DNA from: Welwitschia mirabilis
Taxonomy: Eukaryota
Assembly (NCBI GenBank): GCA_051453625.1
Contig: JBOZIK010000001.1
Span: 11,133,067 to 11,168,877 of the forward strand
DNA length: 35,811 nucleotides
Direction of reading: 5' to 3'
Notes under the pieces: model-generated
The model's database searches: none
What the model was told of the DNA's origin: nothing
The model's input: the letters and a program-made list of their open reading frames with translations, nothing else
Shown here: in pieces, positions 12,999 to 21,337 of the stretch
Numbering within the stretch: position 1 is the stretch's first letter
Layout: each line of letters starts with the position of its first letter
Made by a program: the position numbers and the translations under genes

Positions 12999-13674
12999 TA
13001 TTGTAAGTCTAATTGGTCATATTTAACATCATGTTAAGAGTAATTTTCAGGCATATTTAATAGTTTTTCAAGCTAAATAGGAAGAATATGAAGCTTAATA
13101 AAGATGATCACATAGAACACCAAATTTAGAGATAATAAGCCCTTTTTTGGACATATTTCACACTTCCTAAATTTTTTAGAGAATGATGAATCTAGTGTAG
13201 GATGATGGATGATGATTTGGATGCTAGAGGAAGAAGAAAAGGATATTATCCACCTCATCACCTAGATGATAATCATGTGGAAAATAATCAAAATCAATAA
13301 ATAAAGAAACTAGGATTCTACTGACAGTTGTCCACCATGTCATCCGAATGACACTTGAGAGTATGATAGTTATTGAAGCACCTAAATCAGATTTGAAGAT
13401 GTACCTGGAACATAACAGTGTATACCATCAAAATTAACTCCTCTGGAAGATGCACAGACATGCTAATTAGCTCAAAAGCCATGATCAAATTAAGGAGAAC
13501 ATCGATCTTAGTTAATTTACTTGCAAAAGGTGAAGAAAGATTAATTTCAATAGGAGAAAGCTTAATATGGTAAGAGGGAAGCCAATTCTGACATAAATAA
13601 GTAGAAAATACTAAAGATTATTTGTCATCCATCTCGTCTTCTAGACGAGATTAATAGAATCAAAAGAAATAAAA

Positions 13675-14257
13675 NNNNNNNNNNNNNNNNNNNNNNNNNN
13701 NNNNNNNNNNNNNNNNNNNNNNNNNNNNNNNNNNNNNNNNNNNNNNNNNNNNNNNNNNNNNNNNNNNNNNNNNNNNNNNNNNNNNNNNNNNNNNNNNNNN
13801 NNNNNNNNNNNNNNNNNNNNNNNNNNNNNNNNNNNNNNNNNNNNNNNNNNNNNNNNNNNNNNNNNNNNNNNNNNNNNNNNNNNNNNNNNNNNNNNNNNNN
13901 NNNNNNNNNNNNNNNNNNNNNNNNNNNNNNNNNNNNNNNNNNNNNNNNNNNNNNNNNNNNNNNNNNNNNNNNNNNNNNNNNNNNNNNNNNNNNNNNNNNN
14001 NNNNNNNNNNNNNNNNNNNNNNNNNNNNNNNNNNNNNNNNNNNNNNNNNNNNNNNNNNNNNNNNNNNNNNNNNNNNNNNNNNNNNNNNNNNNNNNNNNNN
14101 NNNNNNNNNNNNNNNNNNNNNNNNNNNNNNNNNNNNNNNNNNNNNNNNNNNNNNNNNNNNNNNNNNNNNNNNNNNNNNNNNNNNNNNNNNNNNNNNNNNN
14201 NNNNNNNNNNNNNNNNNNNNNNNNNNNNNNNNNNNNNNNNNNNNNNNNNNNNNNNNN
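13675..14257. other. Assembly gap with identical 50-bp flank overlap
   Basis: 13625-13674 is repeated at 14258-14307. Confidence 0.95.
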
Positions 14258-14591
14258 TCATCCATCTCGTCTTCTAGACGAGATTAATAGAATCAAAAGA
14301 AATAAAACTTATAATTTCACTACTGATAGTCATCCACCTGTTTGTCTGAACAATACCTAGGATGGTACCTCATCTATGAAACTCAAATGTCATCAAGAAG
14401 GCCTATGGATGATCAGAAGCCATTAGAAGAAGAGAATAACCATCATCCACCATGTCGTCTGGACGATATCCAAGTGAACAATAGCTATAAAGAACAAAAA
14501 ATGAATACCATCAATTATGAAATCATTGTTATGATAACCTCTAGTCTATTACAACTCTTTAGCAACCCTAATAGTCATCCCAAATCCATGA

Positions 14592-14673
14592 ATACCCCAC
14601 TAAGTCCCTCATTTCTCATCTTTGGTGTATCGATACCCCACTAAGTCCCTCATTTCTCATCTTTGGTGCATCG
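14592..14673 (+). repeat. 41-bp tandem duplication (2 copies, 1 mismatch)
   Basis: ataccccactaagtccctcatttctcatctttggtg(t/c)atcg x2; single copy in the 5' LTR (~4308-4350). Confidence 0.95.
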
Positions 14674-16439
14674 ATTGGTCTTGGGACGATTTTGGAGATT
14701 GATTAAGTAAGGGATCCATCCTAGTTGTAGAGAAGGGTTAATTAATAAAGTTATTGATTGAAGTGTTCTTGTTAAATTACTTTCTGATCTTCATTATAGT
14801 TTACGTTAATTACATTTAAATGATAGATATTTCTAATTAATATAGATTATGAGGGCTAACTTGGGTAACAACAAGTTAGTGCACTTGATTGGGATTTGCA
14901 TTTAGATTTGCATCCATCATTGCATCTTGCACTCGTTGCATCATTGCATTTTAATTCTAAAGTAAGATTAGGAAATCAATTTAGTTTTATTCTTTTTTAT
15001 TCAAGCAATCTTCTAAATTCCTCTTTAGAATTCCTCTCTAAAGTATGACATTTAGGTTAAATCCTATATGCTCGTGTGTTTTATGCGAGTTTATTGAGAT
15101 TTATAGGTATTAAAGATAAATAATTCATTGGAAGAAAATATAAGATTGATTACACAATTCGCATAATAACACCCATTGAAACAAAATTCCCAAATTACTT
15201 ATTCCCTTCATATACTTTAAAACTTTATAATTAAATTTTGATAATTCTATTTTGATTTATAAATCTATCCTGGTAATATTCCAACAACATGAAAAATATT
15301 AAAATAAGTATTAATGATATATATAAGGTTTATAATCAAATTTTATTATAAATATTTATTTTCATCTAGTAATTCTTCATCAATAGTTAGCTCAATGTTT
15401 TATTTCATTAGGGTAAATACTAATTTTTTATTATCCATGACAAGTTTATTTAACATCTTACCTATGTCATTTAACTAATTAAAGAAAATATAGTTATTTA
15501 TTTGACCTAGTTTCACATCAAAATAGTATTTCATGAATTCCAAATCCATGATGTTGAACTATTTACAAGCTATTTCATCACTTTTACAATATTCTCTTGA
15601 TTGTTTTTACTAATCAAAATATCATCTAAAGATATAATAAGATATGTCCCCTCACATTTTACATACTCACGTATCTCAAAATCCATTATCACTGAGATTT
15701 TTTAGCTTAACGAATCCTATACATGGCTCTTAATTACTTTAAATCATGGAGTGACTTATTTAGTTTACATGCCTTATCACTTTTATTCCTTTACCTTTAA
15801 ACCTTTAATTTGTGCCACATAAATCTCTTTCTTAAACTACTTACTCAAAAATGTTGTCTTTAGGTTGAGCTAATACATCTTTTATCCTCTATAATGTTAA
15901 TGCATCCAAGGTTCTAATGGTTTATTGTTTTTTTTATTAGTGTATAAAATTTGTGTAGTTAACTTCTGCTTCTAAGAAAATGTTTTTCAAGCAATTTGAT
16001 CTTACATTTATTAAGTATTCCATCAAAATTATTGCAAAATGTTTATTGGTTTTTTACAAATTTAATTTTCCTAAAAGTGAGTTCACTAGTTTTAAAGTTA
16101 TGTTTTATGCTTCATACTTATGGCATGTATCCACTATGAATAATTTACTAATCCTTTGAATGTTGTTAATTCATTGGCATAAGTGAGATGAAATTCTGAA
16201 GGATTAGTTTCAATTTTAGGTTTTTTCATCCTTGCATACCTTTTTCTTTCTTTTTCGTTTTTTGAATAAGTTAAAATTTAGTTCTATGATGGCTAATGCA
16301 CTACTAATTAAAACATATTTACTTATTGGTAAATTAGAACATAATTCTTCAAAGGAAAAAAAGGATAACATGCTTCATGACATCCTTTACATATAAGAAT
16401 AGCCTTAACAATTTGTGACTCATAAGCAAGCAGATGATT

Positions 16440-16535
16440 TTTTGTGTGATTTATAATATGGAATCCCTACATATGCCTCCTTTCTCCCTGCCACGCATAG
16501 GTGGGTGTGGGTTCTACCCCCTAGTTATGGTGGCT
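16440..16535 (-). mobile_element. 96-bp retroposed fragment (5'-truncated SINE/LINE tail) with 12-bp TSD
   Basis: GC-richer block flanked by aagcagatgatt (16428-16439) and aagcaaatgatt (16536-16547), with a T-run at the left end consistent with a minus-strand A-tail. Confidence 0.55.
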
Positions 16536-17427
16536 AAGCAAATGATTCCTTACATCCATGTTGTTATTATTAAAGCTTTTTTATTAGAAACCTTGTCATA
16601 AGAATTTAAACTTAAAGAAACTTTCCACACTTTCTAATTGAGCTATTGAACATTTTATTATTGTGTAACTTTACATTTAGGTATCTAGTAAAGCCTACAA
16701 TATGTGAACTATATTTGTAGCTAATCATAACATTTAAAATATTACTACCCCTCCAGAATTGCAATTTGTGTAAAATGATTATTAACTTTCTTGCCTTTAT
16801 GTTTTACCTTATGGTTCTTTATTCTTTTAGCTAATCTAATAAGCTCTTCTTCATATTTTATAATTATTACATTATAAGATAAAATGATTTTTCATAATTT
16901 TAACAAAAAGGTTTTATAATTTTCTATATTGACTCTATAGTAAATGAATATGCTTTGCTAGGGATGGGTTGTAAGATTTTGTGATTTTGTGAAAAGACAA
17001 ATGTGTAGCAATACTAGTTAAATGTTTTAAAGCATTTTCTACTTCTAGAATATCTTATCCATAACCCATTAAATGCCTTTAATCATTCCTTAGTAGATTT
17101 TTCAACTACAGAGTAGTATCTAATTTCACTTCCTATAAATAAGCAAGTAACTTTTTGTAGACAAGTACTTATTACACAGTATTAAGAAGTATACAGTTCA
17201 TTCTATTTATAATATGATTTTACTTTGTTGTGTTTATAAGTATTATTTAGTGAAGTATTTCTTTTACCTTTAAAACTTATTGAATTATTTTGAGATATAC
17301 TACCATCCATTCTTTAATTATGTAACGTATTAATCTTTTAATCAATATTCTTTTCAATGTAACTCTTCCAATATTAAGAAAGATTGAAACTTGTTCCTTA
17401 TACTAAAAATGAATTATCCATACTTTC

Positions 17428-17848
17428 ATATTTCTCACCACTACCGAGGTTTGAACTTTGGACGTCTGGGTCCATTTGTCTATGACCTTACCACTATAGC
17501 AAACAATCATTGACTTATTTGAAGAGATAGCGGGGAGGTAATTTTGTGCAATACAAATGTCGAGTGGCACTTTGGGTTTATAGAATCTATTTTGTTTGGA
17601 TTCCTTACTAATAGTTAGTAGGTAATTTTATGTTACACAAATGTCCAGTGGTACTTGGGCTTATGGAATCTATTCTATTTGTATTCCCTACTAATAGCGT
17701 GTAGGTAAGTTTATGCCACACAAATTCCTAGTGGCACATAGGTTAAGGAATCTATTCTATTTGTATTTCCCACCACTGTTGGGGTTTGAACTTTGGACCT
17801 CTGGTTTCATGTATCTATGACCTTACCACTCTGGTAAGTAGTCATTGA
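17428..17848 (-). mobile_element. Composite tRNA-derived SINE-like element: two Pol III heads flanking three ~83-bp repeats
   Basis: Minus strand tcaatgactacttaccagagtggtaagg (A box)...gaggtccaaagttcaaacccc (B box) at 17848-17770, and a second similar head at 17513-17430. Repeat units at ~17527-17610, 17611-17693 and 17694-17775. Confidence 0.7.
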
Positions 17849-18968
17849 TAAATTTTATTGTTACTAAGTACATGAATTAAAAGGCTTTAATTTCATGATG
17901 ATAGCAACATATGAAAAACTCAAGGTAACTAGCAAAGGTAAGATCTGTTTTATTGAAAGAAGATTTTAAGGTTCATGAGTGTTTTGAACAACCCTTTCTC
18001 TAGAGCAAAAAGTAGTAGTATAAGGTTTAAACTATTTTACATGTACGATTTGAAGTTTTCATATTTTTGTTATTATAAAGAAGCAAATCAAAATTTCTAC
18101 TATGTGTAAAATAAAATATTAAATTAGATGTTTGTTAAGATTACACTAAACATAAAATTAAAAAAAATGTTAATATCTATTAATGTTATAATATCAAAAA
18201 TTTTCTCTCTCAACTTTAACATCCCTTAAGATGGCACTGCTAAAACTAGGTTTTCAACTTTGATGCATGTTAGAGTTACAATATGAAATTTGCTCCTTTG
18301 ATTCTCATCCTTCAAATTTCACTTCCTCAACTTGATTCTTGTCATAGTTGCACCATTGTACCTATCACAACATGAAAAATTGCTAATGTAAAATTAAGTT
18401 ACTTTTAATAAATAATAATCACTATAGTGATAGTAGGTAATTACCATTATGATTTACTTTTAGATATGATAAGGCATGAAATATTTCAAGAGATAACATG
18501 ACATGGAAAAACTAGAAATATAAGTTATTGATCAAAATAAAACTCTAATTTGATCAAAATTGAAAAAGTAGTAAATAAAAGAACCATGACTTTGAAAAAT
18601 TTTAAAAATAATGAGATTTACTTAATTTTTTAAAATAAAAATAAGAATATATCAAACTAGAAAATTTACATTGGGGAGGGGGGCGTGGGAGAAAGGAGTA
18701 GGAGTGAAAATGCCCTAGCATAATGGAAGGAATTAAACTATTTGACAAAAAGGAGAATATTCTACAGGATACTCAAAGAAAGACTGAAAACAAAACAAAA
18801 TTGGGGGTGTTGGTTCCCTTGGGTAGAATAACTAGTAGAAGCTAAAACTAAACTAGGAAAGCAACCTGAAAGAAAAGGAAAATTTAAAAAGGGAGACAGG
18901 AACATCCTAATTAGGTGTGAAGAAGAAAATTGAATAACAAGAAGGGGAACATTCTGCAGAAAACGTAG

Positions 18969-19837
18969 NNNNNNNNNNNNNNNNNNNNNNNNNNNNNNNN
19001 NNNNNNNNNNNNNNNNNNNNNNNNNNNNNNNNNNNNNNNNNNNNNNNNNNNNNNNNNNNNNNNNNNNNNNNNNNNNNNNNNNNNNNNNNNNNNNNNNNNN
19101 NNNNNNNNNNNNNNNNNNNNNNNNNNNNNNNNNNNNNNNNNNNNNNNNNNNNNNNNNNNNNNNNNNNNNNNNNNNNNNNNNNNNNNNNNNNNNNNNNNNN
19201 NNNNNNNNNNNNNNNNNNNNNNNNNNNNNNNNNNNNNNNNNNNNNNNNNNNNNNNNNNNNNNNNNNNNNNNNNNNNNNNNNNNNNNNNNNNNNNNNNNNN
19301 NNNNNNNNNNNNNNNNNNNNNNNNNNNNNNNNNNNNNNNNNNNNNNNNNNNNNNNNNNNNNNNNNNNNNNNNNNNNNNNNNNNNNNNNNNNNNNNNNNNN
19401 NNNNNNNNNNNNNNNNNNNNNNNNNNNNNNNNNNNNNNNNNNNNNNNNNNNNNNNNNNNNNNNNNNNNNNNNNNNNNNNNNNNNNNNNNNNNNNNNNNNN
19501 NNNNNNNNNNNNNNNNNNNNNNNNNNNNNNNNNNNNNNNNNNNNNNNNNNNNNNNNNNNNNNNNNNNNNNNNNNNNNNNNNNNNNNNNNNNNNNNNNNNN
19601 NNNNNNNNNNNNNNNNNNNNNNNNNNNNNNNNNNNNNNNNNNNNNNNNNNNNNNNNNNNNNNNNNNNNNNNNNNNNNNNNNNNNNNNNNNNNNNNNNNNN
19701 NNNNNNNNNNNNNNNNNNNNNNNNNNNNNNNNNNNNNNNNNNNNNNNNNNNNNNNNNNNNNNNNNNNNNNNNNNNNNNNNNNNNNNNNNNNNNNNNNNNN
19801 NNNNNNNNNNNNNNNNNNNNNNNNNNNNNNNNNNNNN
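18969..19837. other. Assembly gap in the LINE 3' UTR
   Basis: N run; aaacgtag occurs on both sides. Confidence 1.
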
Positions 19838-19990
19838 AAACGTAGGGACATACTATAAAAAGGGCAAAATTGGGACCAAAAGAGCCCCTTAAGAAATGAA
19901 CTAACAAAAAACTGAATCTAAACTAAGTAAAAAACTTGAAAGGATAAGCGACTAGTATCCCATATATAGGGGAAAGAGATTGTCATGATT

Positions 19991-20173
19991 ATGCTCTAGT
20001 AAAAAGCGTCCCATTTCGTCAGATAACACCTTAAAGGCCTAATTAACCTTCTTAAATTATTTAGCTCCTATTTCATTCTTGTCTGGGTGTAGTCTAAGTG
20101 ATTTCTTCCTATAGCTTGACTTGATTGCTTATGGTAAGACTTCATGAGACATTCCCAGGGTTACAAATGAGTA
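19991..20173 (-). other. DnaJ/Hsp40 J-domain coding segment (HPD at 20089-20081)
   Basis: YSFVTLGMSHEVLP*AIKSSYRKKSLRLHPDKNEIGAK*FKKVN*AFKVLSDEMGRFLLEH matches the J-domain consensus YYxxLGv...IKkAYRklal.yHPDKN....F..i..AyevLSD...R across its whole length. The three stops are TAA/TAG. Confidence 0.92.
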
Positions 20174-21113
20174 TCTCTTTAGCTCATGAATTGTGGCAAG
20201 CATAAACTCCCTTTTCGTAGTTTCCATGTCTATGTCTTCCTAAGAATTATGTTGGCTCACTTCTGATGTAAAATTTATAGTCAACCCTTAGATGGAACTA
20301 GGACTCCTCTTCGGCGAGGTATCCCCTTAAGCCTGGCCAAGGGGTTGCTCCCTTTGCTCTTAGGATTTAGTTGGAAAATTCTCCTGAACTGTCTCTTCCT
20401 GCATTAGAGGTGAATTCGGCTTTTCTATATGAGGTTTTGGGGATGGAATTATCTTTTTCTAAGAGCTGGGATTTCCCTATTCAACATTCCCCTCAAAGTG
20501 ATACGCTTCATCTGTGGTTGCTTTCCTCTTGGACTTTCTTTTAGAAGGAGTCTCCTAAAGGTGTCGCTAGGGGGAGAAGGGGTCTCTCACATCCTAATCT
20601 CACTGGCTGCTTTCTAAAGCATCATGATTAATCTGGAGTATCTTACAATGTCTTTTCAACATAATGCTAGAAAGAAGAAGAAAGGTAGGTTAACATGGTA
20701 TCCTAGATCTAGGGCTTTAAGAAATGCAAAGTGAATGCCTGAAAGATTTAAGTAGCAACTAGATTGAATGAAGTATCGACCTATTAATTTGGCACCCAAG
20801 CCCTAAGGGGCTAATGTACCCACTAGGCAACTTAGGAACACCACTAAGAAAGAAATGGAGTGCCTCTCATTATCCTTTACTTCTAAGAGGAATTCTTTCA
20901 CCAGCTGCCAGAATTTTTAAAAGTCTAGAAAGAGAGTCTTTAGTGATTTTGATGGATATTGTCCTAAAGGTGGTATGCTACCCTCTTCATCTTCTGTAGA
21001 ATGGGATAATATCGACCCTTGGTTCTCCCTTGAGTTTGTGCAGGAGGGTTCCCCATCCCACAGCTTACACCTTATCCCACAACTTAGAGCATCCTTTGAA
21101 CAGGTCAGGATCA

Positions 21114-21213
21114 NNNNNNNNNNNNNNNNNNNNNNNNNNNNNNNNNNNNNNNNNNNNNNNNNNNNNNNNNNNNNNNNNNNNNNNNNNNNNNNNNNNNNNN
21201 NNNNNNNNNNNNN
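21114..21213. other. Assembly gap (100 N) with 93-bp flank overlap
   Basis: 21021-21113 is repeated at 21214-21306 with one mismatch. Confidence 0.95.
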
Positions 21214-21337
21214 GGTTCTCCCTTGAGTTTGTGCAGGAGGGTTCCCCATCCCACAGCTTGCACCTTATCCCACAACTTAGAGCATCCTTTGAACAGGTCA
21301 GGATCAGATGATTCAATAGTAGGAGTTGCTCCCATAG

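Larger units (their letters stand above)
3334..15171 (+). mobile_element. Full-length degenerate Ty3/Gypsy LTR retrotransposon, Athila-like
   Basis: Two homologous LTRs with TATTG...CAACA/TAACA ends (decayed TGTTG...CAACA). 5-bp TSD CCCAC (3329-3333) / CCCAT (15172-15176). PBS and PPT present. Domain order gag-PR-RT-RH-INT with Athila-type motifs. Confidence 0.93.
12999..15171 (+). repeat. 3' LTR (contains an assembly gap, two deletions and a 41-bp duplication relative to the 5' LTR)
   Basis: Homologous to 3334-5297; ends ...ataaca followed by the TSD CCCAT. Confidence 0.9.
15177..17900 (-). mobile_element. Ty1/Copia remnant, integrase-RT part (right half)
   Basis: Minus strand: ACKLNKSLHDLK (cf. 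VCKLKKSLYGLKQ), YLIISLDDILI (cf. LYVDDIL), FNIMDLEFMKYY (cf. MKDLG.LKYF), YKVLKYMKGISNLGILF. Integrase-like KVW...KEQVF...WKSYIEK near 17300-17430 and YLVT..FINDY near 17840-17875. The right boundary is uncertain. Confidence 0.8.
19952..21335 (-). pseudogene. LINE ORF3: transposon-type N-terminal domain + disordered linker + C-terminal DnaJ J-domain
   Basis: ATG 2 nt after the ORF2 TAG. Reads MGATPTIESSDPDLFKGCSKLWDKVQAVGWGTLLHKLKGEPRVDIIPF...ITKDSLSRLLKILAAGE, then (after frameshift) LIGRYFIQSSCYLNLSGIHFAFLKALDLGYHVNLPFFFF. A single frame from ~20550 to 19952 ends in the J-domain. Confidence 0.75.

Noticed and set aside
13641-14265. Long ORF-track entries made of X (also 18762-19907 and 33980-34915)
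   Set aside because: Artefacts of translating through N gaps.
13625-14307. 50-bp direct repeat around a gap
   Set aside because: Identical flank overlap, and the 5' LTR has no insertion at this point, so probably a false gap.
14342-14644. 100-aa ORF in the 3' LTR
   Set aside because: Non-ATG start, and the homologous 5' LTR segment is interrupted by stops.
17527-17775. Repeat array resembling a CRISPR array
   Set aside because: Tandem ~83-bp units without unique spacers, eukaryotic TE context, no cas genes.
17770-17848. Possible tRNA gene
   Set aside because: A/B boxes are present but no convincing cloverleaf; duplicated and degenerate, so SINE-like.
21021-21306. 93-bp direct repeat around a 100-N gap
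   Set aside because: Near-identical contig-end overlap (unmerged contigs or haplotypes); ORF3 reads through cleanly when it is collapsed.
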